This document shows, one piece after another, positions 1-5,484 of a DNA stretch of 5,484 nt. The stretch lies in sequence record MK791318; one strand, given 5' to 3'. The position numbers and the translations under genes were made by a program. Within the stretch, counting starts at the first letter, position 1; every line of letters starts with the position of its first letter. Source of the stretch: Escherichia phage Lilledu. The notes under the pieces are model-generated. The model saw only the letters and a list, made by a program, of their open reading frames with translations. It did not search any database and was not told the DNA's origin.

Positions 1-1635
1 ATGTCTGTAGAACTCATCAAACCACTCGTCGAAGCCGCTGGCATGTCGACACTCACGCAATCTCCAAACCTCCGTATCTGGAAACAGGTAAACACTCGCG
101 TAAAATTACTCGAAGAAATCCTTGCTCACTGGACAAACGGAATCCGTCGCTGCCCTGAAACCCAAGACTTCTACATGAACCCAAATTCTCAACTGGCTAC
201 TACTATTGCCTATCGTGCCCATCAAAAAGGACATAACCCAAAACTCATTCAATACCCTGACACATTTACTCTCGACGACATTATTCGCCGTAAACCAATC
301 CCTCAAACTGCCCCTGACGAACTACGCCTCTCTGATGAAATCGGTGAGGATTACCGCCTTACAGTCATCGCCATTGCTGACGAACTGCAAGAATGTTACG
401 ACGTGCTCGGACAACTTGATATTAATAACACTATAGACCACACCCCTAAAGGTAACGCCCACTGGAGTATGCTTTATGATAAACCTGTTAACACCCATTG
501 GTCACAGCTCGTATCTAAACGACCCCTTAAAGATATCCGCGCCGATTACAACTATGCAAAGGCGAAGGGTATTAAGGATGAATGCTCAAAAATGCTTGAG
601 GAATCCACCATGAAATCACGCCGGGGCTTTACCGTTCAACGATTGATGAATGCTATGCGCCAAGCCCACACTGACGGCTGGTATGTTGTATTCGACACTC
701 TTACTCTGGCCGATGACCGCATACAGGCTTTCTATGATAATCCCAATGCTCTTCGTGACTACTTCCGTGATATTGGTCGTATGGTGCTTGCTGCCGAGGG
801 TCGCTCTGCTAATGACTCACACGCCGACTGCTATCAGTATTTTTGTGTTCCAGAGTATGGCACACAGCACGGTCGTCTACATTTCCACGCAGTGCACCTT
901 ATGCGCACACTTCCTCTGGGTTCTCGTGACCCTAACTTCGGTAAGCTGGTACGCACTAATCGCCAAATAAATAGCTTGCAAAACACTTGGCCTTACGGCT
1001 ACTCTATGCCCATCGCAGTCCGGTACTCCCAAGACGCATTCTCGCGCGCTGGCTGGCTCTGGCCTGTCGACTCAAAGGGTGAACCCCTTAAAGCTACCTC
1101 GTATATGGCTGTCGGCTTCTACGTCGCTAAATACGTTAATAAAAAATCTGATATTGACATGGCCGCAAAAGGCCTAGGGAATAAAGAATGGAACGCATCA
1201 CTCAAGACCAAAATATCTCTCCTACCAACCAAACTATTCAGAATCCGAATGTCCCGCAACTTCGGGATGAAGATGTTATCAATGGCGCACCTGACCGCAG
1301 AAACATTGATCCAACTGACCCAGCTGGGCTACGACTCGACCCCGTTCAACAACGTCTTGAAGCAGAACGCCAAGAAAGAGCTGAAATCGAGGCTGGCAAA
1401 AGCATCTGTCGCGACCGTTTTGGCGGCGCAACCTGTAACGACCAATCTGCTAAAATTTATGCGCGATTTGACCCGAACAATCGGAGCGTCCAACCTGCAG
1501 AATTTTATCGCTTCAATGACTCAGAAATTAACACTCATGGATACTTCTGATGAAACCAAAAACTACCTTGCTGCTGCAGGAATTACTACTGCTTGCTTAC
1601 GAATTAAATCGAAGTGGACTGCTGGTGGAAAATGA
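1..1635 (+). CDS. A: Replication initiation protein A (HUH rolling-circle endonuclease), 544 aa
   Basis: ORF 1..1635, stop TGA 1633-1635. Translation carries the HUH motif L-H-F-H-A-V-H (codons 877-897) and the paired active-site tyrosines in [10 protein letters not shown] (Tyr374/Tyr378, codons 1120-1122 and 1132-1134). The C-terminal ~340 aa closely resemble phiX174 protein A as I recall it. GGAGG at 5472-5476 sits 8 nt upstream of the ATG at position 1 if the sequence is circular, so the start at 1 is probably the true start. It cannot be excluded that the ORF extends upstream across the junction. Confidence 0.93.
   Translation: MSVELIKPLVEAAGMSTLTQSPNLRIWKQVNTRVKLLEEILAHWTNGIRRCPETQDFYMNPNSQLATTIAYRAHQKGHNPKLIQYPDTFTLDDIIRRKPIPQTAPDELRLSDEIGEDYRLTVIAIADELQECYDVLGQLDINNTIDHTPKGNAHWSMLYDKPVNTHWSQLVSKRPLKDIRADYNYAKAKGIKDECSKMLEESTMKSRRGFTVQRLMNAMRQAHTDGWYVVFDTLTLADDRIQAFYDNPNALRDYFRDIGRMVLAAEGRSANDSHADCYQYFCVPEYGTQHGRLHFHAVHLMRTLPLGSRDPNFGKLVRTNRQINSLQNTWPYGYSMPIAVRYSQDAFSRAGWLWPVDSKGEPLKATSYMAVGFYVAKYVNKKSDIDMAAKGLGNKEWNASLKTKISLLPTKLFRIRMSRNFGMKMLSMAHLTAETLIQLTQLGYDSTPFNNVLKQNAKKELKSRLAKASVATVLAAQPVTTNLLKFMRDLTRTIGASNLQNFIASMTQKLTLMDTSDETKNYLAAAGITTACLRIKSKWTAGGK
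412..441 (+). other. Viral (+) strand origin of rolling-circle replication; predicted protein A nick site between G418 and A419
   Basis: The 30-nt sequence CAACTTGATATTAATAACACTATAGACCAC is present exactly. From memory this is the conserved origin that protein A recognises and cleaves in phiX174-like phages. It lies inside gene A, as in phiX174. Confidence 0.85.
610..1635 (+). CDS. A*: Protein A* (in-frame internal initiation product of gene A), 341 aa
   Basis: In-frame ATG at 610-612 preceded by GAGGA (597-601). The product begins MKSRRGF..., the same N-terminus as phiX174 A*, and the length (341 aa) matches. Assigned by homology and position, not independently provable from sequence. Confidence 0.65.
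   Translation: MKSRRGFTVQRLMNAMRQAHTDGWYVVFDTLTLADDRIQAFYDNPNALRDYFRDIGRMVLAAEGRSANDSHADCYQYFCVPEYGTQHGRLHFHAVHLMRTLPLGSRDPNFGKLVRTNRQINSLQNTWPYGYSMPIAVRYSQDAFSRAGWLWPVDSKGEPLKATSYMAVGFYVAKYVNKKSDIDMAAKGLGNKEWNASLKTKISLLPTKLFRIRMSRNFGMKMLSMAHLTAETLIQLTQLGYDSTPFNNVLKQNAKKELKSRLAKASVATVLAAQPVTTNLLKFMRDLTRTIGASNLQNFIASMTQKLTLMDTSDETKNYLAAAGITTACLRIKSKWTAGGK
1188..1550 (+). CDS. B: Internal scaffolding protein B, 120 aa, overprinted in an alternate frame of gene A
   Basis: ORF 1188..1550 lies entirely within A in a different frame. The product (MERITQDQ...PQLRDE...[24 protein letters not shown]...[15 protein letters not shown]) is clearly similar to phiX174 B and has the same length. Purine-rich AGGGAATAAAG precedes the ATG. 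Confidence 0.9.
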   Translation: MERITQDQNISPTNQTIQNPNVPQLRDEDVINGAPDRRNIDPTDPAGLRLDPVQQRLEAERQERAEIEAGKSICRDRFGGATCNDQSAKIYARFDPNNRSVQPAEFYRFNDSEINTHGYF

Positions 1636-1714
1636 AGAAATTCAATCTTGCACTAAAGAACTCGAGAGGGTCTTACTTCGCAACCTTTCGCCATCAACTC
1701 GCAATACTCTCTAA
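1550..1714 (+). CDS. K: Protein K, 54 aa, overlapping the 3' end of A and the 5' end of C
   Basis: Hand translation from ATG 1550-1552 (overlapping the B stop as TGATG) gives [54 protein letters not shown], stop TAA 1712-1714. The core [19 protein letters not shown] and the LSPST motif match phiX174 K. Too short to appear in the supplied ORF track. Confidence 0.85.
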   Translation: MKPKTTLLLQELLLLAYELNRSGLLVENEEIQSCTKELERVLLRNLSPSTRNTL

Positions 1715-1892
1715 GGCTGATGCCCTTGACGAGGAAAAATGGCTTAACATGCTGGGCGCTCTTCTTAAGGACTGGTTCCGCTACGAAGAACATTTCGTAC
1801 ATGGCAAACAATCTTTAGTTGACATATTAATCGAACGGGGGTTACTATCCCCCACACAAACAACCCGTAACAACAAAGGAAATACCAAATGA
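1632..1892 (+). CDS. C: DNA maturation / packaging protein C, 86 aa
   Basis: ATG 1632-1634 overlaps the A stop (ATGA at 1632-1635). The product [42 protein letters not shown]...[25 protein letters not shown] is near-identical in its core to phiX174 C. The track's longer ORF from 1614 (MDCWWKM...) is an upstream in-frame extension that I do not take as the start. Confidence 0.92.
   Translation: MKKFNLALKNSRGSYFATFRHQLAILSKADALDEEKWLNMLGALLKDWFRYEEHFVHGKQSLVDILIERGLLSPTQTTRNNKGNTK
1819..1848 (+). promoter_or_regulatory. PD-like sigma70 promoter for the D-E-J-F-G-H transcript
   Basis: TTGACA at 1819-1824 and TACTAT at 1843-1848 with an 18-nt spacer, located inside gene C about 40 nt upstream of the D start. 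This is the same arrangement I recall for the phiX174 PD promoter (TTGACA ... TACTAT). Confidence 0.6.
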
Positions 1893-2344
1893 ACTCCAAC
1901 GAATCTGCTGTAGCCTTTCAAACTGCAATCGCTTCTATCAAAATGATTCAAGCTTCATCCGTCCTCGACCTTACCGAAGACGACTTCGAATTCTTAACTG
2001 GCGACCGTGTCTGGATTGCTACTGACCGCTCCCGCGCCCGCCGTGCTGTCGAGGCCTGCGTATATGGAACACTGGACTTTGTCGGGTATCCTCGCTTTCC
2101 TGCTCCTGTTGAGTTTATTTCTGCTGTTATCGCTTACTACGTTCATCCGGTCAACACCCAGACCGCTTGTCTCATCATGGAAGGAGCCGAATTTACTGAA
2201 AACATCGTCAATGGCGTTGAATCCCCAGTTAAGGCTTCCGAACTCTTCGCTTTCGTTCTCCGTGTCCGCGCCGGCTGTAAAGACGTCCTCGAAGGTGCCG
2301 AAGACAACATTCGCGCTAAACTCCGTGCACAAGGAATCATGTAA
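1889..2344 (+). CDS. D: External scaffolding protein D, 151 aa
   Basis: ATG 1889-1891 overlaps the C stop (ATGA). AAGGA at 1876-1880 lies 8 nt upstream. The product is near-identical over most of its length to phiX174 D (e.g. WIATDRSRARR.VEACVYGTLDFVGYPRFPAPVEFI.AVIAYYVHPVN.QTACLIMEGAEFTENI.NGVE.PVKA.ELFAF.LRVRAG). Stop TAA 2342-2344. Confidence 0.96.
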   Translation: MNSNESAVAFQTAIASIKMIQASSVLDLTEDDFEFLTGDRVWIATDRSRARRAVEACVYGTLDFVGYPRFPAPVEFISAVIAYYVHPVNTQTACLIMEGAEFTENIVNGVESPVKASELFAFVLRVRAGCKDVLEGAEDNIRAKLRAQGIM

Positions 2345-2351
2345 TGGCTAA
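2064..2351 (+). CDS. E: Lysis protein E (MraY inhibitor), 95 aa, overprinted within gene D
   Basis: ATG 2064-2066 in an alternate frame inside D, preceded by GAGG (2051-2054). The product begins MEHWTLSGILAFLLLLSLFLLLSLTTFIRSTPRP..., a hydrophobic N-terminal transmembrane segment aligning with phiX174 E (MVRWTLWDTLAFLLLLSLLLPSLLIMFIPSTFKRP...). Stop TAA 2349-2351, inside J. The track ORF starts further upstream (2007), but the internal Met matches the E N-terminus and has an SD. Confidence 0.85.
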   Translation: MEHWTLSGILAFLLLLSLFLLLSLTTFIRSTPRPLVSSWKEPNLLKTSSMALNPQLRLPNSSLSFSVSAPAVKTSSKVPKTTFALNSVHKESCNG

Positions 2352-2430
2352 AGGCAAATCTTATCGCCGCGGCTCTGCTGGCAATAAAAAAGGCTCCCGC
2401 CTCTGGTACGTTGGCGGCTCACAATTCTAA
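2344..2430 (+). CDS. J: Small basic DNA-binding / packaging protein J, 28 aa
   Basis: ATG 2344-2346 overlaps the D stop (TAATG). AAGGA at 2331-2335. Hand translation: MAKGKSYRRGSAGNKKGSRLWYVGGSQF, stop TAA 2428-2430. Highly basic with the conserved C-terminal ARLWYVGG.QF-type motif of microvirus J proteins. Shorter than the 38-aa phiX174 J. Confidence 0.85.
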   Translation: MAKGKSYRRGSAGNKKGSRLWYVGGSQF

Positions 2431-2437
2431 TCTCTCT

Positions 2438-2451
2438 GGGGCTTCGGCCCC
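2438..2451 (+). terminator. J-F intergenic stem-loop (GGGGC-TTCG-GCCCC), terminator / mRNA-stabilising hairpin
   Basis: Perfect 5-bp GC stem (2438-2442 / 2447-2451) around a TTCG loop, 8 nt after the J stop. The same GGGGCTTCGGCCCC element sits at this position in phiX174 as I recall it. It is not followed by a strong U-tract, so termination is probably partial at most. Confidence 0.6.
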
Positions 2452-2467
2452 AATTTAAGGATATAAA

Positions 2468-3754
2468 ATGTCTAATGTTCAAACTTCCGCATCTCGTGAC
2501 GCAATTGACTTATCACATCTGGTCTTCAACACTGGCGCTATTGGTCGCCTTAAAGTCGCGTCATGGACTCCTGTTATCGCTGGTGATTCTTTCCAGCTTG
2601 ACGCTGTTGGTGCTTTACGCTTATCCCCTCTGCGTCGCGGCTTGGCTATTGACTCAACTGTTGATTACTTCACTTTCTACATTCCACACCGTCATATCTA
2701 TGGTGATGCATGGATTCAATTTATGAAAACTGGCGTCGCTGCCGCTTCTCTTAACCCTGTAACTACTGGCGAATACGTTGACAGCGCCTCTTATCTTGGT
2801 GTAATCCCTTCTGCTGATGGCAAGGTTCCCAAGTTCCTGCACCAAGGCTATCTCAATATTTACAATAACTACTTCAAAGCCCCTTGGATGGCTGACCGTA
2901 CTGAGGCAAACCCCTCCAACTTAAACGACGACGACCGTCGTCACGGCTTCCGCTGCTGCCACTTAAAAAATATCTGGTCTGCGCCTCTTCCTCCTCAAAC
3001 GGAAATTACCCGCGCTATGACTACTGGCGCTACCTCCATTGATATCATGGGTCTTCAAGCTGCCTACGCCCAACTTCATACTGACCAAGAACGTGACTAC
3101 TTCATGCAACGTTACCGTGACGTAATCTCTTCGTTCGGTGGCAAAACTCACTATGACGCTGACAACCGTCCTCTTCTGCTTATGCGCTCTAACTTCTGGG
3201 CTTCTGGCTATGACATTGACGGTACTGACCAAACCTCATTAGGTCAATTCTCTGGTCGTGTCCAACAAACATTCCGCCACTCTGTTCCTCGCTTCTTCGT
3301 ACCGGAACACGGCGTTATTATGACTCTTCAACTCGTACGCTTCCCGCCTACCTGCACTGAGGAAACTCACTATCTCGTCGGCAAAGGCGCACTAAACTAT
3401 ACTGACCTTGCGGGTGATCCAACTCTTTACGGTAACTTACCGCCTCGCGAAATCGAAATGAAAACTCTCTTCCGTGGCGCTGCTGGCTCTACTGAAAAAA
3501 TCAAAATTGCCGAAGGGCAATGGTATCGCTATCATCCTTCCTACGTTGATGGACAATATCACAACCTTCAAGGCTTCCCGTTCATCCAAAATGGTCCAAC
3601 TGGCAACATGGAAAACCGTGTACTGATTGACCATAAAAAATACGACGAATGCTTCCAATCACTTCAATTAACTCACTGGAATGCCCAGGCTAAATACAAT
3701 GTCACTGTATATCGACATATCCCGACCACACGTGATAGCATCATGACTTCTTAA
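2468..3754 (+). CDS. F: Major capsid protein F, 428 aa
   Basis: ORF 2468..3754 with AAGGA at 2457-2461. The product is strongly similar throughout to phiX174 F (MSN.QT...DLSHL.F..G.IGRL......TPVIAGDSF..DAVGALRLSPLRRGLAIDSTVD.FTFY.PHRH.YG...I.FMK.GV ... HLKNIW.APLPP.TE..R.MTT..TSIDIMGLQAAYA.LHTDQERDYFMQRY.DVISSFGGKT.YDADNRPLL.MRSN.WASGYD.DGTDQTSLGQFSGRVQQT ... TTRDSIMTS). Confidence 0.97.
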   Translation: MSNVQTSASRDAIDLSHLVFNTGAIGRLKVASWTPVIAGDSFQLDAVGALRLSPLRRGLAIDSTVDYFTFYIPHRHIYGDAWIQFMKTGVAAASLNPVTTGEYVDSASYLGVIPSADGKVPKFLHQGYLNIYNNYFKAPWMADRTEANPSNLNDDDRRHGFRCCHLKNIWSAPLPPQTEITRAMTTGATSIDIMGLQAAYAQLHTDQERDYFMQRYRDVISSFGGKTHYDADNRPLLLMRSNFWASGYDIDGTDQTSLGQFSGRVQQTFRHSVPRFFVPEHGVIMTLQLVRFPPTCTEETHYLVGKGALNYTDLAGDPTLYGNLPPREIEMKTLFRGAAGSTEKIKIAEGQWYRYHPSYVDGQYHNLQGFPFIQNGPTGNMENRVLIDHKKYDECFQSLQLTHWNAQAKYNVTVYRHIPTTRDSIMTS

Positions 3755-3765
3755 AGCCTATAACG

Positions 3766-3803
3766 TGACAGGGGGAAAAATTTTAATTTTTCGCCCCCTG
3801 TCA
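3766..3803 (+). promoter_or_regulatory. F-G intergenic extended hairpin (terminator-like; candidate complementary-strand initiation / primosome assembly structure)
   Basis: TGACAGGGGG (3766-3775) pairs with CCCCCTGTCA (3794-3803). The stem extends through AAAAA (3776-3780) / TTTTT (3787-3791) with a 2-nt CG bulge and a TTTTAA loop. It lies in the ~99-nt F-G intergenic gap, the location of the F-terminator hairpin and complementary-strand priming signals in phiX174/G4-type phages (established knowledge; the function here is inferred). Confidence 0.6.
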
Positions 3804-3853
3804 GGTTGAACAAGCGCAAGCGCGTTAGCTACCTAACTATAAGGACTACTCAA

Positions 3854-4378
3854 ATGTTCCAGAACTTTGTCACTAAACACAATTCTCCTCAATTTACTAC
3901 TACTATCACAAAGGCTGTCACTCCCGCTGCGTTGGCTCCTATTATTAATACGCCAACCGTTGCGCGTGACAATCTATTTGTGAATCTAACTACTACCGCC
4001 CTGACTTCTCCGGGCGGTATCTCTGCTGTTGTCGCTATCGACAACTCCTCTCATACCGACAATCAGGTCGTTTCTGTTGCTGCCTCACTTTCTACTATCG
4101 GCAGCCTCGTACCTGTTCTTTGTCGGTTTGAATCTGCTACTGTCCCAACGGCTATCCCCGCCTCTGCGGTTACTTACTATCCGTTGGAATTTAAATCATC
4201 TGATACTACTCTGTCCGTTAAGGACTGCGTTACTGTCTCTACTCTTTCTCGCTCTGGCAATCCTGTTTATGTAGGTATTGCCCTTATTGCGAAATCATTT
4301 GTCGCCGGTACTGTGTACGGCTCCATCTCAATTAATCAGGTTGACCAAGAAATCACAACTCTGCAACCTCTCAAATAA
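3854..4378 (+). CDS. G: Major spike protein G, 174 aa
   Basis: ATG 3854-3856 preceded by AAGGA (3841-3845). The product begins MFQNFVTKHNSPQF... and ends ...SINQVDQEITTLQPLK, matching the conserved N- and C-termini of microvirus G proteins (phiX MFQTFISRHNS ... LQPLK). The middle is divergent and reads closer to G4-type G than to phiX G. The track ORF begins at 3806, but that start lies in the intergenic hairpin region and lacks an SD. Confidence 0.9.
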   Translation: MFQNFVTKHNSPQFTTTITKAVTPAALAPIINTPTVARDNLFVNLTTTALTSPGGISAVVAIDNSSHTDNQVVSVAASLSTIGSLVPVLCRFESATVPTAIPASAVTYYPLEFKSSDTTLSVKDCVTVSTLSRSGNPVYVGIALIAKSFVAGTVYGSISINQVDQEITTLQPLK

Positions 4379-4387
4379 GGAATCTCT

Positions 4388-5425
4388 ATGTTTGGTGCAA
4401 TCGCTGGCGGCATCGCCTCTACTCTTGCTGGCGGTCTAATGTCCAAACTGATGGGCGGCAATAAACAAGCCGCCCCTTCAACTCCCGGACAAGGCCTCTT
4501 CGCTACTCCTGAAACTACTATCTCTGCTGACAATGCAGGTATTCAATCTGTTATGCAGGGACCTAACCCGCCTAGCCCTGATCAGGCGGCTCCTACATTT
4601 ACCGAATCTGCCGTCTCCTCACTTAAGGATGCTGGCAAAGGACTCCTCGATGGTACTCTACAAGCTGGCGGCTCTGCTGTTCAACAAGCTCTTCTTAACA
4701 AAATTGGCCTCGGTGGCAAATCTGCTGCTGATAAAGGCAAGGATACTAAAGATTACCTTGCTTCTGCGTTCCCCGAGCTCAACCCGTGGGAACGCGCTGG
4801 CGCTGGTGCTTCCTCTGCTGGTATGGTTGACGCTGGTTTTGAAAACCAAAAGCAACTAACCAAAATGCAACTTGACAACCAAGTCAAAATCGCTAAGATG
4901 CAAAACGACACCCAAAAGGATATCGCTGGTATCCAGTCTGTCACATCACGCATGAATACTAAGGACTCTGTATATGCTCAAAACGAAATGCTCCAATACA
5001 ACCAAAAGGAATCTATGTCACGTGTTGGCGCTATTCTCGAAAACACAAGCCTCACCAAACAACAACAAACTTCTGAAATTATGCGCCAAATGCTTACTCA
5101 GGCTCAAACCTCAGGACAACACTTTACTAACGCTCAAATCCAAGAGCTTACTCGAAAAGTCGGTGCTGATATTGATGCTGTTCGTGCTAACACTGAACGC
5201 ACCCATGTAGAAACTGACCGCTCTAAACAGGAAGTCCAAAACTCACGTTACGCATCATCACAGGTCGGTAAAACCGCCAAGGACGTATCAAATGTCATTA
5301 GTGACGCATCTTCTGGTATTGTTGATTATTTTCGTGGCGTTGATAAAGCTGTATCGGACACTTGGAACAATTATTGGAAAGATGGTAAAGCCGACGGAGT
5401 AGGCTCCAACATGTCTCGCAAATAG
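4388..5425 (+). CDS. H: Minor spike / DNA pilot protein H, 345 aa
   Basis: ATG 4388-4390 with AAGGA at 4377-4381, overlapping the G stop. Gly/Ala-rich N-terminus [21 protein letters not shown], central block [51 protein letters not shown], and C-terminal ...[23 protein letters not shown] all align with phiX174 H. Stop TAG 5423-5425. Confidence 0.95.
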   Translation: MFGAIAGGIASTLAGGLMSKLMGGNKQAAPSTPGQGLFATPETTISADNAGIQSVMQGPNPPSPDQAAPTFTESAVSSLKDAGKGLLDGTLQAGGSAVQQALLNKIGLGGKSAADKGKDTKDYLASAFPELNPWERAGAGASSAGMVDAGFENQKQLTKMQLDNQVKIAKMQNDTQKDIAGIQSVTSRMNTKDSVYAQNEMLQYNQKESMSRVGAILENTSLTKQQQTSEIMRQMLTQAQTSGQHFTNAQIQELTRKVGADIDAVRANTERTHVETDRSKQEVQNSRYASSQVGKTAKDVSNVISDASSGIVDYFRGVDKAVSDTWNNYWKDGKADGVGSNMSRK

Positions 5426-5426
5426 C

Positions 5427-5454
5427 TTGACAATCACATCATAAATCCTATCTA
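5427..5454 (+). promoter_or_regulatory. PA-like promoter upstream of gene A (across the circular junction)
   Basis: TTGACA at 5427-5432, 16-nt spacer, TATCTA at 5449-5454. phiX174 has TTGACA at the equivalent position just after the H stop. The -10 element is a weak match, so the exact hexamer is uncertain. Confidence 0.5.
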
Positions 5455-5456
5455 AT

Positions 5457-5478
5457 AGCCTCCATTAACACGGAGGCT
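5457..5478 (+). terminator. H-A intergenic hairpin (H terminator-like) whose 3' arm carries the gene A Shine-Dalgarno
   Basis: AGCCTCC (5457-5463) pairs with GGAGGCT (5472-5478) around an 8-nt loop, followed by TTTAACA and then ATG at position 1 of the circle. phiX174 has the homologous GCCTCC...GGAGGC hairpin followed by a T-run and the A start. The U-tract here is only 3 nt, so intrinsic termination may be inefficient. Confidence 0.6.
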
Positions 5479-5484
5479 TTAACA

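Noticed and set aside
973-1010. Candidate PB promoter inside gene A (TTGCAA at 976-981), ~190 nt upstream of B by positional analogy with phiX174; also a TTGACA at 1154-1159
   Set aside because: I could not find a convincing -10 hexamer at proper spacing for either -35 candidate. Reporting it as a feature would rest on position alone. Transcript 5'-end mapping would be needed.
1614-1631. Upstream in-frame start for C at 1614 (MDCWWKM...)
   Set aside because: The ATG at 1632 forms the conserved ATGA overlap with the A stop and gives the MKKF... N-terminus that aligns with phiX174 C (MRKF...). The 1614 extension adds residues with no homologous counterpart.
2007-2063. Upstream extension of the E reading frame from ATG 2007 (MSGLLLTAPAPAVLSRPAY...)
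   Set aside because: The conserved E N-terminus (M-x-x-W-T-L...) begins at the internal ATG 2064, which also has a GAGG Shine-Dalgarno at the right spacing. The longer form would add 19 non-homologous residues ahead of the transmembrane segment.
3806-3853. Upstream start for G at 3806 (MNKRKRVSYLTIRTTQ...)
   Set aside because: That ATG lies immediately after the intergenic hairpin with no Shine-Dalgarno. ATG 3854 has AAGGA 8 nt upstream and yields the conserved MFQ.F N-terminus of G.
106-4953. Nine minus-strand ORFs of 63-112 aa from the six-frame track (106..306, 1994..2332, 2143..2340, 2654..2845, 2963..3232, 3437..3658, 4336..4533, 4658..4855, 4753..4953)
   Set aside because: Each lies antisense to a well-supported + strand gene of a syntenic microvirus genome. 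Microviridae of this type transcribe one strand only. None showed recognisable protein similarity on reading, and their sizes are what chance predicts opposite biased-codon genes.
206-5210. Additional + strand alternate-frame ORFs inside A, F, G and H (206..436, 650..970, 2475..2726, 4029..4274, 4533..4859, 4974..5210), several very hydrophobic (Leu/Ser/Phe-rich)
   Set aside because: They sit in frames of A, F, G or H where no overprinted gene is known in phiX174-like phages. They lack convincing Shine-Dalgarno sequences, and their hydrophobicity is the expected by-product of T-rich codon positions in the host genes. Not excluded as novel overprinted genes, but there is no positive evidence. 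Conservation of the ORF across related genomes and ribosome profiling would be the test.
1-5484. Possibility of a novel defence system, CRISPR array, tRNA, or mobile element
   Set aside because: The entire window is accounted for by the eleven microvirus genes and four short intergenic regions. There are no direct-repeat arrays, no tRNA-like cloverleaf candidates, and no terminal inverted repeats or integrase-like ORFs.

Overview
This window reads as a complete genome of a phiX174/G4-like microvirus (family Microviridae, subfamily Bullavirinae), linearised at the start codon of gene A. All eleven canonical genes lie on the + strand in the canonical order A(A*)-B-K-C-D(E)-J-F-G-H, with the expected overprinted genes: B inside A, K across the A/C junction, E inside D. 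Gene junctions use 1-4 nt start/stop overlaps (ATGA, TAATG, TGATG). I also see the conserved 30-nt viral-strand origin inside gene A, a PD-like promoter inside C, GC-rich hairpins in the J-F, F-G and H-A intergenic regions, and a promoter-like TTGACA/TATCTA pair after H. The last bases of the window carry a GGAGG Shine-Dalgarno 8 nt before the ATG at position 1, which argues the molecule is circular and the window is one full unit length (5484 nt). No tRNA, rRNA, CRISPR array or mobile element is evident, and minus-strand ORFs are judged spurious. This is a well-known gene system, not an undescribed one; what is unusual lies in variant details. The most notable is that lysis protein E lacks the proline at position 21 and carries His3 and Phe19. 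The genome also looks mosaic relative to phiX174: A*, D and F are phiX-like, J is short (28 aa), G is divergent and G4-like, and A has a longer N-terminal domain. All homology statements come from reading the translations against remembered phiX174/G4 proteins; no database search was run.
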